DNA from: Chloroflexota bacterium
Lineage (GTDB): Bacteria; Chloroflexota; UBA11872
DNA length: 64,000 nucleotides
Reading direction: 5' to 3'
Assembly: GCA_022821645.1 (NCBI GenBank)
Contig: JAJEDE010000022.1
Span: forward strand, 174,564-238,563
The notes under the pieces are model-generated. The model had not been told where the DNA came from. It made no database searches and saw only the letters and a list, made by a program, of their open reading frames with translations. How positions within the stretch are numbered: position 1 is the first letter of the stretch; the number at the start of each line of letters is the position of its first letter. This document shows positions 9,195 to 20,137 of the stretch, one piece after another. Made by a program: the position numbers and the translations under genes.

Positions 9195-10763
9195 ATGCAC
9201 GACCTCTGTATCCGCGACGCCTTGATTGTGGACGGGTCCGGCGCCCCCGGCGTACGCGGCGATGTGGCCGTCGACGGCTCGCTGATCACGGCGCTGGGCC
9301 GCGTCGAGAATGGGGCAACGCGCGAGATCGACGCCGGCGGCAGGGTCTTGTCGCCCGGCTTCATCGACGTCCACACCCACTCCGATCTGCTCTTGCTGGA
9401 CCGTCCGGACCATCAGCCAAAGGTTCGGCAGGGCATCACCACCGAACTGACGGGTCTGGACGGCATTGGCTACGCGCCGCTGGCTGCCGAGGCTCGCCAG
9501 CCCTTCCTCGACTACTTCGACGCGCTCAACGGCCAGCCTGACGTGGACGGCCCCTGGGAGACCGTGGGTGGATGGCTGGACAGCTTTGACCGCAAGGTCG
9601 CCATCAATGTTGCTCACCACCTCCCCCACGGCTGTGTGCGCGCCGCGGTCCTTGGCTGGGAAGACCGCCCGGCCACGCCCGAGGAACTGGCACACATGCG
9701 TCAGATCACCGACGACGCCATGCAAGACGGCGCGGCGGCGCTTTCCACGGGTCTGGACTACGCCCCCTGTTCATTCAGCAACACTGAGGAACTGGTTGCG
9801 ATCAGCGAAGTGGCCGGGCGTTATAGCGCTCCGTATGTCGCGCACATGCGTTCCGAGCTCGGGAGACAGATGGCGATACGCGAGACGCTGGAGATCGGCT
9901 ACCGCGCTAGCTGTCCAATCCACATTTCGCACTTCAACAGCCTCGACAACAGCTGGTGGGTCAACCAGGCCGAAGCGGACCGGTCGATCGACCTTGGCGT
10001 CTCATTGACGTTCGACACGTATGCCTGGCCGGCCGGGAGCACACTCTTGCACTTCTCGTTCCCCGACTGGGCGCTCGACGGCGGCGTGCCGGCGATGCTG
10101 GAGCGACTTGAGGATTCTGAAGTCCGGGCGCGCATCGAGGCCGAGATGATCAGCCCTGACAGCGCACGGCACACCGAGTTTTCCAACCTGCGCCTGGCCA
10201 GCGTCCCATCAGCAGCGAACAAACACATGGAAGGCCGCTTCATCACCGATCTAGCCGCCGAGCGAGGCATTGGGCCAGAAACCCTGCTGGTTGACCTCGT
10301 CATCGCCGAACGCGGCGTGGTGGCGGCGGTGATTCACAACTCCGCCACCGACGCCGACTTCGAAATGGCCATGCGGCATCCCGCGCACATGTGCTCGACC
10401 GACGCGCTGCTGACCGGCGGCGCGCCGCATCCGCGGACCTATGGCACGTATCCGCGCTTCCTGGGACGCTTCGTCCGAGATCGTGGCGCCTTGTCGCTGG
10501 AGCAGATGATCCGGCGCATGACGTCGGCGCCGGCCCGTCGGTTTGGGCTCGTCGATCGGGGGCTGATTCAGCCCGGCTTGGCCGCCGACCTGGTGTTGAT
10601 CGACATGCCGCGGGTCAAGTCCAACGCGACGTTTGACGATCCGACTAACTACCCGGACGGCATCGACATGGTGATCGTGAACGGTGAGGTCGTGGTTGAC
10701 CACGGGCGTCACACGGGCGCCACGCCTGGCCGCGGGCTGCGACGCGGCCTGCCGGCGGCATGA
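9195..10763 (+). CDS. D-aminoacylase (N-acyl-D-amino-acid deacylase)
   Basis: IVDGSG, PGFIDVHTHSD, STGLDY, AHMR, PHPRTYGTYPRFLG, ADLV. Confidence 0.9.
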   Translation: MHDLCIRDALIVDGSGAPGVRGDVAVDGSLITALGRVENGATREIDAGGRVLSPGFIDVHTHSDLLLLDRPDHQPKVRQGITTELTGLDGIGYAPLAAEARQPFLDYFDALNGQPDVDGPWETVGGWLDSFDRKVAINVAHHLPHGCVRAAVLGWEDRPATPEELAHMRQITDDAMQDGAAALSTGLDYAPCSFSNTEELVAISEVAGRYSAPYVAHMRSELGRQMAIRETLEIGYRASCPIHISHFNSLDNSWWVNQAEADRSIDLGVSLTFDTYAWPAGSTLLHFSFPDWALDGGVPAMLERLEDSEVRARIEAEMISPDSARHTEFSNLRLASVPSAANKHMEGRFITDLAAERGIGPETLLVDLVIAERGVVAAVIHNSATDADFEMAMRHPAHMCSTDALLTGGAPHPRTYGTYPRFLGRFVRDRGALSLEQMIRRMTSAPARRFGLVDRGLIQPGLAADLVLIDMPRVKSNATFDDPTNYPDGIDMVIVNGEVVVDHGRHTGATPGRGLRRGLPAA

Positions 10764-10981
10764 GCGCCGTTGGACCCGGCCAACAAGCAAGGCCGCCGGG
10801 CTATACCGGCGGCGGTCGTATCTCCGGGCTGTTCTGGCGGCTGTTGAAGCGCCTGCTCTCACGGCGGTGCCCCGTGTGCGAAGGCTCCGGCATTGATCCC
10901 GAGGGTCCGCCCGCCCGCCCCAGCGGACGTCCGCCGCGCTGCCCGCGCTGCTTTGGGTTCGGCCGCGTGGCCTTTCCCTAG
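10760..10981 (+). CDS. small DnaJ-type zinc-finger protein (73 aa)
   Basis: Two CxxCxGxG repeats (CPVCEGSG, CPRCFGFG); ATGA coupling upstream, 3 nt to the next start. Confidence 0.65.
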   Translation: MSAVGPGQQARPPGYTGGGRISGLFWRLLKRLLSRRCPVCEGSGIDPEGPPARPSGRPPRCPRCFGFGRVAFP

Positions 10982-10984
10982 CCA

Positions 10985-12934
10985 ATGGCTGCGGAGTCTG
11001 TGGTGGAACTTGATCACCCGACAATTCGAGCGCTGTTCGAAGCGCCAACCGCCACCCGACCTCTATGGGCGCCGCAAGGTCGGCGCCTTGCCTACACGGT
11101 TGCCGTACCCGACGTCGAAGCGAACAGCACCTCGAGCGAGATCTGGATCCTTGACGCCGAGCAGCTGAACGCCGACAAGCTGGTCGGAGGGATTCCCGGC
11201 AGCGGACCTTCAATCTCCTGGTCGCCGGATGGCGCCCGCCTCGCCTTTGTGGAATCCGAGGACGAGACCGACCGCATTGTCCTGATCGGTCTTGACGGAA
11301 CGCGGAGCGAGATCGATCTGGCGCAGGCGCCGCACGGCCGGCTGGCCACGCATGCGTTCTTTCGAACGTTCGCCTGGGCGCCCGGCGCTGAGCGGCTGCT
11401 GTATACCGCCTACGACCGGGAGCCCGACGAACCGCGGGACCCGGCTGTGAACCCGCGCAACGACGGCGACGGGCTGGGCGAAGTCGAACGTATTCGCCTC
11501 TGGGTGCACGACCTGGGTGGAAGCGAGCCGCCGCGACCGATCACGTCAAACGACTTTCACAGCGGCGCCGGAGTCTGGCTGCGCGATAGCGAGACCGTGG
11601 TGTTCGTGTCCAACCGCAGCGGACGCGAAGAAGGCGCAGTCTCAAACCTGACGCAGCCATTCGGGATCTGGACGACCGACGCGGCCGGATCGTCCGAGCG
11701 GCCGCTGGTCGTGGGTTCAAACGCCGTCATTGCGCCGGCGCCCTCGCGCGACGGGCGTCGTATCGCCTTTCTTGCCGCACCCATGATGGGCCCGCATTCG
11801 GTCAACATGGAGCTAACCACCGTCGACCTTGCTGGCGCCAACCGGCGATCCCTCACCTCCGGGCTGGACCGCAGCGTGGACACCGAGGCGCCGCCGTCGC
11901 CCGCGCCCGACGGATCATGGATCGTTCCCGTGATGGACGGTATGCGCAACGTGCTCATGCAAACGCGCGAGGATCGGCCGCCAACGCCGCTTGCGCTCGA
12001 GCAGCCGCACGCATCGCTGCCTGACGTTGATCGACACAGTGGCGAAATCGCCTGCGTCACCCAGGCGGCCACCGTTCCGCCCGAAGTCGAGCTGCTGTCG
12101 CCGGATGGGCGTACGCGCTGGCGCTCGGCACACCACGGCGTGGCAAGCGAAGCGCAGTCCCGAATCTGGACAATCGAACGCGAGGACGGCTTCTCGATTG
12201 AGAGCCTGGCCCTGGCGACGGCCGAGACTCCACCGAGGGGCGTGATCCTTTGGCCGCACGGTGGACCCCACGGTCGAACAGCCCATGAGTACCGTCCGGA
12301 GAGTGAAACGGCGGTTCGGCACGGATTCGCCGTGGTGCAACCCAACTTCCGAGGCAGCCACGGATACGGCATCGACTTCGTTCTGGCCGACCGGATGGAC
12401 CTGGGTGGCGGCGACTACGCGGACTGCCTGGCGGCGCTCGATTCGTGGTTGGCGATGTCCGGCTGCGATGGCGTCCCGGAGTTTGTCACCGGTACCAGCT
12501 ACGGCGGCTATCTCACCGCATGGGCCGTCGGACACACGCGACGCTTTGTCGCGGCAGTTGCCGTCAACGCGGTGACCAACGTCGAGAGCTTTTTTGGCCA
12601 GACCGACATTCCAAGCTGGGTCTACTGGGAGTTCGGCGGCTCGCCGCTGGAGCAGCGTGAACTCATCCGCGACCGTTCGCCCGTCCAGCATCTGTCCGGC
12701 GCCGCTACGCCCACGCTCGTGGTCCATAGCGAGGAGGACCGCCGCGTACCGATCGCCCAGGGGCTGGAACTTCACGCACTCCTGCAGGCTGCCGGCGTCG
12801 CCACCGGCTTCGTGCGCTATCCGCGCGAATACCATCGAATCAGCGAGCCGGCGCATCGTGTAGACCTCATCTCCCGAACCCTGGACTGGTTCTTCAGGCA
12901 CGTAGCGACCGACACCGGCCGAAGCAACACCTGA
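10985..12934 (+). CDS. S9 family peptidase (acylaminoacyl/dipeptidyl peptidase)
   Basis: Propeller WSPDG repeats, HGGP, NFRGSHGYG, GTSYGG nucleophile, EDRRVP, His in EYH. Confidence 0.92.
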   Translation: MAAESVVELDHPTIRALFEAPTATRPLWAPQGRRLAYTVAVPDVEANSTSSEIWILDAEQLNADKLVGGIPGSGPSISWSPDGARLAFVESEDETDRIVLIGLDGTRSEIDLAQAPHGRLATHAFFRTFAWAPGAERLLYTAYDREPDEPRDPAVNPRNDGDGLGEVERIRLWVHDLGGSEPPRPITSNDFHSGAGVWLRDSETVVFVSNRSGREEGAVSNLTQPFGIWTTDAAGSSERPLVVGSNAVIAPAPSRDGRRIAFLAAPMMGPHSVNMELTTVDLAGANRRSLTSGLDRSVDTEAPPSPAPDGSWIVPVMDGMRNVLMQTREDRPPTPLALEQPHASLPDVDRHSGEIACVTQAATVPPEVELLSPDGRTRWRSAHHGVASEAQSRIWTIEREDGFSIESLALATAETPPRGVILWPHGGPHGRTAHEYRPESETAVRHGFAVVQPNFRGSHGYGIDFVLADRMDLGGGDYADCLAALDSWLAMSGCDGVPEFVTGTSYGGYLTAWAVGHTRRFVAAVAVNAVTNVESFFGQTDIPSWVYWEFGGSPLEQRELIRDRSPVQHLSGAATPTLVVHSEEDRRVPIAQGLELHALLQAAGVATGFVRYPREYHRISEPAHRVDLISRTLDWFFRHVATDTGRSNT

Positions 12935-13081
12935 CGACAACTCTCGTCAACTGCCGCGCTTGGCGTGCGCGCGCCTTCGCGTTGCCGCCACGTGCAACGA
13001 ACGGTATTGTTTGGGTAGGGGAGGCGCAGGTTCCGCGGGCCGTACGGCCCCTATTGGGCCTACTGGCCGGAGAACGGCGCC

Positions 13082-14920
13082 ATGTGCGGCATCGTTGGGT
13101 ATATCGGCGATGGATCGGCCGCCCCAGCCATCCTGGACGGGCTGCGCGCCCTTGAATATCGGGGCTACGACTCTGCCGGCATAGCTGTCCTCACGCCTCA
13201 GGGACTTAGTGTCCGTCGCAGGGCAGGTCGAATCCGTGACTTGGCACGGCTCATCGACGACGACCTGATGTCCGGCGCCATCGGCATCGGACACACTCGC
13301 TGGGCGACGCACGGGGCCGTGACTGACGCCAACGCCCATCCTCACGCCGACGCCTCAGGTCGTCTGGTCATCGTCCACAACGGCATGACGGACAACGTGG
13401 CCGATCTTCGCGCCGAACTCCTCGCGGACGGGCACGTCTTCAGTTCTGAGACTGACACCGAGGTTATCGCGCATCTCATTGGCGCCCAGCGCGACGCTGG
13501 GTCGTCACTGACCGATGCCGTGGGCCGCACGCTCCGGCGCCTGGCCGGTGCGCACTCCGTGGTGGCCCTGGCGGCCGACGAGCCAGACCTGCTGGTGGGC
13601 GGACGCGTAGGATCGGCCGGCGGGCTGATCGTGGGCCATGGCGACTCCGAAGCCTTCCTGGCGTCCGACCTGCCGGCGGTGGTGCGCCACACGCGGGACT
13701 TTCAGGTCGTTGAGGCTGGCGAGATCGTGGCGCTCCGAACCGACGGCGCCGACTTTCAAGACCTGCACAACCGCTCCCGCCAACGCCGCCTGATCTCGGT
13801 GCCCTGGGGGCCGATGGCGGCGGCCAAGGCCGGCCACCGGCACTTCATGCACAAGGAGATCCACGAACAGCCCGAAACGCTGGCCGACACGATTCGCCCG
13901 CGGGTCACGTTGGAGCCGGCGGAGCTGCGCCTTCACGACTTTCAATTGCCCATTACCGCACGGGATATCGAGCGCGTGGTGATCGTGGCCAGTGGCAGCT
14001 CGCACTTTGCCGGAATGATCGGCTCACGCTATCTGCGCGAACTGGCCCAGCTGCCGACCACGACCGAGGTGGCCTCGGAGTTCGCCTACGCCCCGGGTCC
14101 GCTTTCTCGTGAAACGCTGGTGATTGCGATTTCACAGTCGGGCGCCACGGCCGACGTGCTGCTGGCCGTAGAGCGCGCCCGAGCCGGCGGTGCGCCGGTG
14201 GTGGCCCTGGTCAATACTGTCGGCAGCGAACTCACGCGAACGGCCGACGCCGCGTTCTACTTGCACGCGGGTCCTGAAATCAGCGTCGCCGCCACCAAGA
14301 CGTTCGTATCCCAGCTTGGGGCGCTCTATTTGCTGGCCTGTCACCTGGGCGTTCAGCACGGCGGGCTGCCGCCCGACCAGTTGGCCCGCCGCCTGACCGA
14401 TATCGCGCACGCCCCAATCGCTGTAGCCCGCGCGCTGCAGATTGAGAAGCAGGTCGAAGATCTGGCTCGCCGGTATCACCAGGCCCGCAACTTCCTGTAC
14501 ATGGGCCGGGGCCTAGCTCATCCCATTGCCCTGGAGGGTGCGCTCAAACTCAAGGAGATTTCGTACATCCATGCTGAAGGCTTCGCGGCGGGCGAACTCA
14601 AGCACGGCCCCATCGCACTCGTGGAGCCCGACATTCCGGTCGTCGCCGTGGCACTCGACGACGAACTTCGAGCCAAGACCCTCAATGCCGTCGAGCAGAT
14701 TCGCTCGCGTAATGGGCGGGTCATTTTGGTCGCCACCGAAGGCGATGACCTGGACGAAGGAATCGCCGAAGAAACCATCAGCATTCCCCGTACACCGCCG
14801 TTGATTGCGCCGATCGTCGGCGTCGTTCCGCTGCAGTTCTTCGCCTATCACATCGCCGTGTGGCTGGGTTTGGACGTGGATCAGCCACGCAACCTCGCCA
14901 AATCGGTCACGGTCGAGTAA
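13082..14920 (+). CDS. glmS: glutamine--fructose-6-phosphate transaminase
   Basis: MCGIVG, LEYRGYDSAG, GHTRWATHG, SQSG, ALKLKEISYIHAEG, PRNLAKSVTVE. Confidence 0.98.
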   Translation: MCGIVGYIGDGSAAPAILDGLRALEYRGYDSAGIAVLTPQGLSVRRRAGRIRDLARLIDDDLMSGAIGIGHTRWATHGAVTDANAHPHADASGRLVIVHNGMTDNVADLRAELLADGHVFSSETDTEVIAHLIGAQRDAGSSLTDAVGRTLRRLAGAHSVVALAADEPDLLVGGRVGSAGGLIVGHGDSEAFLASDLPAVVRHTRDFQVVEAGEIVALRTDGADFQDLHNRSRQRRLISVPWGPMAAAKAGHRHFMHKEIHEQPETLADTIRPRVTLEPAELRLHDFQLPITARDIERVVIVASGSSHFAGMIGSRYLRELAQLPTTTEVASEFAYAPGPLSRETLVIAISQSGATADVLLAVERARAGGAPVVALVNTVGSELTRTADAAFYLHAGPEISVAATKTFVSQLGALYLLACHLGVQHGGLPPDQLARRLTDIAHAPIAVARALQIEKQVEDLARRYHQARNFLYMGRGLAHPIALEGALKLKEISYIHAEGFAAGELKHGPIALVEPDIPVVAVALDDELRAKTLNAVEQIRSRNGRVILVATEGDDLDEGIAEETISIPRTPPLIAPIVGVVPLQFFAYHIAVWLGLDVDQPRNLAKSVTVE

Positions 14921-15342
14921 TGCAGGCGCCGGCCGCCTCACCTACGAACGACCGCGCCCGCCTGCTGGGCCAGTTTCTGGCCCTGGTTGGCGTGCTGGCC
15001 CTTGTCGCGGTGATCGTGCGCGAAACCACCAATTCGCCCGCCTACGTGGCGGCCAACGAGCGGATCGACGAGCTGAACTCGCAGATTGAACGCGTCGAGC
15101 GGGCCAACGTCGAGCTCCGTGAGCGCCTGGATTACGCGCAGTCGCTTCCCGCCTTGCGCGAAATCGCCAAGCGTGATCTCGGCCTGGTCGATCCCGGCGA
15201 CCGCGCCATAGTCATCATGGATGACCTGACCGGCGTTCCGATCCCTACCCCGGCGCCGGTGAAGCCACCGCCAGCAGACCCGCCGCAGCCGGTGAGACTC
15301 GGCCATCTCGGCGCTTGGCTGGAGGTCTTCGCCGGCGGCTGA
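14920..15342 (+). CDS. ftsB: septum formation initiator (FtsB/DivIC family)
   Basis: N-terminal TM, coiled coil, EIAKRDLGLVDPGD; TAATG coupling to glmS. Confidence 0.75.
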   Translation: MQAPAASPTNDRARLLGQFLALVGVLALVAVIVRETTNSPAYVAANERIDELNSQIERVERANVELRERLDYAQSLPALREIAKRDLGLVDPGDRAIVIMDDLTGVPIPTPAPVKPPPADPPQPVRLGHLGAWLEVFAGG

Positions 15343-15374
15343 CCGATCGGCCGGCAGCGTAGACTCGCCTCGCC

Positions 15375-15803
15375 ATGCGCGTTCCAATCAGTCGCGTCGA
15401 TCCCTCGCTCCCCCTGCCGGCGTACGCCACCGACGGCTCCGTGGGATTTGACTTCACGACGCGCGTAACCACCGAGGTCGCACCGGGCGGCATGGCCCGG
15501 ATTCCGTCAAACCTCATCGTTGCAACCCCGCCCGGCTACATGCTGCTGGTGGCCGTGCGCAGCAGCACGCCCCACCGTACGGGCCTGCGGCTGTCCAACG
15601 GGATTGGCATCGTCGATCAAGATTACGCTGGCCCTGAAGATGAGATTCACATCGACGTCTGGAACCCAACGGACCGACCCGTGATCGTCGAGCGTGGCGA
15701 GCGAATCGCCCAGGGGGTGTTCGTGTCTGTCGCGGTGGCTGCCTGGGACGAACTGGAGTCACCCGATGCCCCGTCACGCGGTGGGTTCGGGAGCACCGGC
15801 TAA
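15375..15803 (+). CDS. dut: dUTP diphosphatase
   Basis: GSVGFD, RSS, GIVDQDYAG, RIAQ, RGGFGSTG motifs. Confidence 0.95.
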   Translation: MRVPISRVDPSLPLPAYATDGSVGFDFTTRVTTEVAPGGMARIPSNLIVATPPGYMLLVAVRSSTPHRTGLRLSNGIGIVDQDYAGPEDEIHIDVWNPTDRPVIVERGERIAQGVFVSVAVAAWDELESPDAPSRGGFGSTG

Positions 15804-17232
15804 GCGCGACCCGTCGCGGCGAGTGGTGCGCCGGGTACGCGACGCCGTCTATCGGACGACGGTCCGCACCGCCGGGATGACGGCTCGAGACCTGGTGGCC
15901 GTGGCTGTCTCCGGTGGACCAGATTCCATGGTCCTGCTGGACGCGCTGCTGGCCGCCCGTGAGCGCGGAGGACCGGCGCTCCATGTCCTGCACTTCGACC
16001 ATGCCTGGCACGAGCACAGCGCAGCCGTTGCCCGCGGCGTGCAAGACGCCTGCCGGGCCAACGGCGTCGCCTTCACGAGCGAGCGGGCCGCCCGACCCAT
16101 GCCGGACCGCGGCGAGTCCCGAGAAATGGCTGCCCGCCGACTTCGGCACGAGTTCCTTCGCCGTGTGGGCGCGCAACTCGGCGTCGCTCGCGTGGCAACG
16201 GGTCATCAGGCTGATGATCAGGTGGAAACCATCCTGATGAATCTCGCGCGCGGCGGCCCGGATGCCCTTCAAGGCATGCGAGTGGATGACGGAAGAACGC
16301 TGCGTCCGCTGCTGACCGTGTGGCGAAGCCAGGTGGAGACCTACGCGGCAGTCCGATCCCTGCCGACACACCACGATCCGGCCAACCAATCGCCCGAATT
16401 CCGCCGCAACCGAGTCCGCCACGAGTTGATCCCGCTATTCGACGAGATCTACCCGGGATTCCGCAACGCGCTCCTGCGATCCGGCGCGCTGGCGGCGCCG
16501 GCAGCCGAGCATCTGGTGAGATCGACTCGGGGAATCCGAATGCCGCTGGCCCCGGATCGGTGCGCCGTGCCCGCGGGACGGCTACGCAGAGCGTTGAACC
16601 CCGTCCTGCGGTCCGGCGGACCATCAAGCCGCCAGCTCGGCGAGTCGCACTGGCGAGCGCTCGAACTCGCGCTCGCGGACAACACGGCGGGACGCTGGAT
16701 ACAACTGCCGGGCGATCGCTGGGCCTATGTGCGGGATCGCGCGATTGCTCTGTACGGCGGCCGGGTCAGTGATCCGTCGTGGCCCGAGCCAGTCGAGCTC
16801 TCGGTTCCGTCGACCGTTGAGTTGGCGGTTGGCCGGCTGACGCTTCGTGTCCGGTCGCCGGCTGAAACTCCGGACGACTCGTCTGACTCTGAGGCGATCA
16901 TCGTTCCTTCAGCGGACGCCCGGCTGGCTGTTCGCACGCCCCGTCCGGGCGACCAGCTCAGGTCGCCGGCTGATGGGCGCCACCACGACCTGGCGCGCCT
17001 GTTGCGACGTCGCCGCGTGCCTGCGGCCCTGCGCGCAGGCACGCCCGTGGTCACGGTGAACGATCGGCCCGTCTGCCTTCCTGGAATAGTGGTTGACGCG
17101 GACCACCAACCCCCGCCAGGCGACGACCGGATCCTTGCCATTTCGATCAGATGGACGCCGTTGCCTTCGGCGAACGCGCTGGGTGGTTTTACTACGGAAC
17201 CACCTGCGGACCTTCGTACACTCAATGCGTAG
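15766..17232 (+). CDS. tilS: tRNA(Ile)-lysidine synthetase (start uncertain)
   Basis: VAVSGGPDS PP-loop, ATGHQADDQVET, RPLL, DPAN..RRNRVRH; directly upstream of ftsH. Confidence 0.92.
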   Translation: MPRHAVGSGAPAKRDPSRRVVRRVRDAVYRTTVRTAGMTARDLVAVAVSGGPDSMVLLDALLAARERGGPALHVLHFDHAWHEHSAAVARGVQDACRANGVAFTSERAARPMPDRGESREMAARRLRHEFLRRVGAQLGVARVATGHQADDQVETILMNLARGGPDALQGMRVDDGRTLRPLLTVWRSQVETYAAVRSLPTHHDPANQSPEFRRNRVRHELIPLFDEIYPGFRNALLRSGALAAPAAEHLVRSTRGIRMPLAPDRCAVPAGRLRRALNPVLRSGGPSSRQLGESHWRALELALADNTAGRWIQLPGDRWAYVRDRAIALYGGRVSDPSWPEPVELSVPSTVELAVGRLTLRVRSPAETPDDSSDSEAIIVPSADARLAVRTPRPGDQLRSPADGRHHDLARLLRRRRVPAALRAGTPVVTVNDRPVCLPGIVVDADHQPPPGDDRILAISIRWTPLPSANALGGFTTEPPADLRTLNA

Positions 17233-17263
17233 CAGACGTGCGGGCCAGGCGCGTAAGGGCCGC

Positions 17264-17272
17264 TGATATAAT
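17264..17272 (+). promoter_or_regulatory. extended -10 promoter element for ftsH
   Basis: Perfect TGnTATAAT (TGATATAAT) about 65 nt upstream of the start. Confidence 0.65.
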
Positions 17273-17335
17273 CGCCGACATCCACGCGGCGCAGCGCCTG
17301 TCTCGTTCTGTCAAGGGACGAAAGGCTGCCCTTTC

Positions 17336-19294
17336 ATGAACAACCGACTCGTTCGTAACGGCTTCATGTACATCGTGCTGGCCGTCGCGATCCTGGTTGT
17401 GTTGTTCGTGATGTTCAATCCAAGCCCTCGCGAGCAGAACGTGCCAATCTCCACCCTGCTTGCCGAGGTCCAGGCCGCTGCCGATCGCGGAAGCCGCCCG
17501 CAGATTCGCCTTGGCGGCACGCGGGTGACGGCCAGTGTGGATGGGCGCACCATCACCTCGGTCGTGGACGACAACTTTGACATTGGGCGCGAACTGGCCG
17601 GCCGCGGGATCAATATCGGCGGCGAGCAGGTCACGGTCGAGTTCGATGAACCAAGTAACGCGCCCACAATCATCAGCATCCTGACCTCGGTGCTGCCGCT
17701 GCTGGTCTTCATTGGCCTGCTCATATTCCTGATGCGGCAGGCTCAGGGGTCCAACTCCCAGGCGCTCAGCTTTGGCCGCAGCCGTGCCCGCATGGTCACC
17801 GCCAACCGCCCCAAGGTCACCTTCAAGCACGTGCAAGGGGTGGACGAAGCCAAGCAGGAACTGGCCGAGGTCGTCGAGTTCCTCAAATACCCCGAGAAAT
17901 TCACCAAGATCGGCGCCGAAATCCCCAAGGGTGTGCTGCTCGTTGGCCCGCCGGGTACCGGCAAGACCTACCTGTCCAAGGCCGTGGCCGGAGAGGCGGG
18001 CGTCCCCTTCTTCAGCATCAGCGGGTCGGAATTCGTTGAGATGTTCGTCGGCGTCGGCGCATCGCGGGTTCGCGACCTCTTCGAAAAGGCCAAACAGAGC
18101 GCACCCTCCCTGGTGTTTGTGGACGAAATCGATGCCGTCGGACGCCAGCGCGGCGCCGGGCTGGGTGGCAGTCACGACGAGCGTGAGCAGACCCTCAACC
18201 AGATCCTGGTTGAAATGGACGGCTTCGAGACTGAACAGACGGTGATCGTACTTGCGGCCACCAACCGGCCGGACGTTCTCGACCCGGCCCTGTTGCGCCC
18301 AGGGCGCTTTGACCGGCGGGTCACGCTGGATCTGCCCGATATCCGCGGCCGGGAGGCGATTCTTCGAGTCCACGCCCGCGAAAAGCCCCTTGACCCAGAC
18401 GTGGACCTGGAGACCGTGGGCAAGCAGACGCCGGGCTTCTCGGGCGCCGACCTGAAAAACCTCCTCAACGAGGCCGCCATCCTTGCGGCGCGGCGCAATC
18501 GGTCGGTATTGAGCATGTTCGAGATCGAGGAGGCCATTGACCGTCTGATCGCGGGGCCGCAGCGCAAGAGTCGCGTGATGAGCGCCCAGGAAAAGCGCGT
18601 GACCGCCTATCACGAGATCGGCCACGCCCTCGTGGCGCACATGCTCAAGCGGTCCGATCCGGTCTACAAGGTCACCATCCTGCCGCGCGGTCAGATGGGC
18701 GGCTATACGCGCCTGCAGCCGCCGGAAGACCGGCATCTGTACACCAAGTCATTCTTCGAGGACATGCTGGCCATGATCATGGGCGGCCATGCTGCGGAGG
18801 TGCTGGTCTTTGGCGAGATGTCCACCGGCCCAAGCAACGACATCCAGCAAGCCACGGAGACCGCGCGCCGCATGGTCACGCAGTACGGCATGTCGCCCAA
18901 GCTTGGCCCGCGGGCCTTTGGCCGCCGCGAGGAACTGGTCTTCCTCGGCCGGGATATTGCGGAGCAGCGCAACTACAGCGAGCGAGTGGCGGAGGATATC
19001 GACAAAGAGGTCTCGCACCTCATCGACGATGCCCACCGTCGCGCGATGGACATCCTCTCCCGCCATCACGACTTGCTGGACAAGCTGTCCGAGCGGCTGA
19101 TTGAGGTGGAAACCCTGGACGCCGAGGAGTTCACGCTGCTCATCGACCATCACGAGGGTCGTGCGCCGCTGACTCCACCCGACGTGCCCGAGCCAGCGCC
19201 CGAGTCCGATCCAATGGACGGCGAGTCCACCGAAGCCCCGGACATCAAGCTCCCGCCCAATCCCAAACCCCGACCAGCCGAAGGCGCCGTCTAA
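17336..19294 (+). CDS. ftsH: ATP-dependent zinc metalloprotease FtsH
   Basis: 2 [35 protein letters not shown]. Confidence 0.98.
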   Translation: MNNRLVRNGFMYIVLAVAILVVLFVMFNPSPREQNVPISTLLAEVQAAADRGSRPQIRLGGTRVTASVDGRTITSVVDDNFDIGRELAGRGINIGGEQVTVEFDEPSNAPTIISILTSVLPLLVFIGLLIFLMRQAQGSNSQALSFGRSRARMVTANRPKVTFKHVQGVDEAKQELAEVVEFLKYPEKFTKIGAEIPKGVLLVGPPGTGKTYLSKAVAGEAGVPFFSISGSEFVEMFVGVGASRVRDLFEKAKQSAPSLVFVDEIDAVGRQRGAGLGGSHDEREQTLNQILVEMDGFETEQTVIVLAATNRPDVLDPALLRPGRFDRRVTLDLPDIRGREAILRVHAREKPLDPDVDLETVGKQTPGFSGADLKNLLNEAAILAARRNRSVLSMFEIEEAIDRLIAGPQRKSRVMSAQEKRVTAYHEIGHALVAHMLKRSDPVYKVTILPRGQMGGYTRLQPPEDRHLYTKSFFEDMLAMIMGGHAAEVLVFGEMSTGPSNDIQQATETARRMVTQYGMSPKLGPRAFGRREELVFLGRDIAEQRNYSERVAEDIDKEVSHLIDDAHRRAMDILSRHHDLLDKLSERLIEVETLDAEEFTLLIDHHEGRAPLTPPDVPEPAPESDPMDGESTEAPDIKLPPNPKPRPAEGAV

Positions 19295-19330
19295 CACTCG
19301 GATCGCGGCTGTTGGCGTCGGGCGAGGATC

Positions 19331-20137
19331 TCAGCCGTTTCGCCACTGCCGCCAGAGCGTGCCGGCCCTAATCACCGGTAGCCGCAGCAGGCTTCGGTAT
19401 TGATTGTGCAGGTGAGCGGTCAACCCCGGTCTGGGGTGCCTGACCCGGCCCACGGCTGGTACGGCTGATCTCGTCTCAATGGCCCGTCGCAGATCGGCGG
19501 CGCTCCTCCCTTCGAACAGGGTGACGGCCTTGGCCAGGTCCCCAAAGTGCGCGTCGCTGGCGCCGATAGGCGCACCCACCTCGTCGCCGTGGTCGTCAAG
19601 GAACCCCAACAGCCGGTCACGCGCGCCCTGCCGCATGTAGGGATTCTCGGCTTCAATCCCATCGAAGCTGCAGCGCTGTAGCGCTTCACGCAACCGCTTT
19701 GCCGAGATTGATGACGGCAGTCCGAGAAACGGATGCGCCACGATTGCCAGTCCGCCTTGTGCCTGAATCTCGTCCACCGTGTCCGGCACCGAGCCGAAGA
19801 TCCGCGGCGCGCGATCCAGGAACAGACCCACGACGTGGTCCTGCCGGCGGGTCGTGATCTCCATCCCAACGATCACCTCCACGCGTGCGCCCGTGGCCAG
19901 GGCATGGTCGCGCGCGCGGAGGGCTCCGTCGATGGTGTCGTGGTCGGTCACGGCCAGCACGTCCAGACCCAGATGCTCGGCGATAGCGACGAGTTCTTCC
20001 GGAGACACCACGCCGTCACTGGCCGTCGTATGACAGTGCAGTTCCGCCACGCCCCACTCGCCCGACGGCGCGGGCGGCGGGTCAGCCGGCAGGCATGGTC
20101 GTTCGGATCGTTCGTCTGATTGAAGAATGACGGGCAT
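19331..20137 (-). CDS. PHP domain metal-dependent phosphoesterase
   Basis: ELHCHT..SDG, AVTDHD, GMEI, AHPF, GASDAH. Confidence 0.88.
   Translation of the reverse strand: MPVILQSDERSERPCLPADPPPAPSGEWGVAELHCHTTASDGVVSPEELVAIAEHLGLDVLAVTDHDTIDGALRARDHALATGARVEVIVGMEITTRRQDHVVGLFLDRAPRIFGSVPDTVDEIQAQGGLAIVAHPFLGLPSSISAKRLREALQRCSFDGIEAENPYMRQGARDRLLGFLDDHGDEVGAPIGASDAHFGDLAKAVTLFEGRSAADLRRAIETRSAVPAVGRVRHPRPGLTAHLHNQYRSLLRLPVIRAGTLWRQWRNG

Noticed and set aside
12935-13081. glmS ribozyme upstream of glmS
   Set aside because: The conserved core (AGCGCC cleavage site, GACGAGG, AUCGA..GGCGGAU) was not found in the intergenic region.
17222-18736. Long antisense or alternative-frame ORFs (e.g. 17222-18736 -, 23895-25340 +, 52229-53692 +)
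   Set aside because: Shadow ORFs of well-supported genes in high-GC DNA, with no recognisable motifs.
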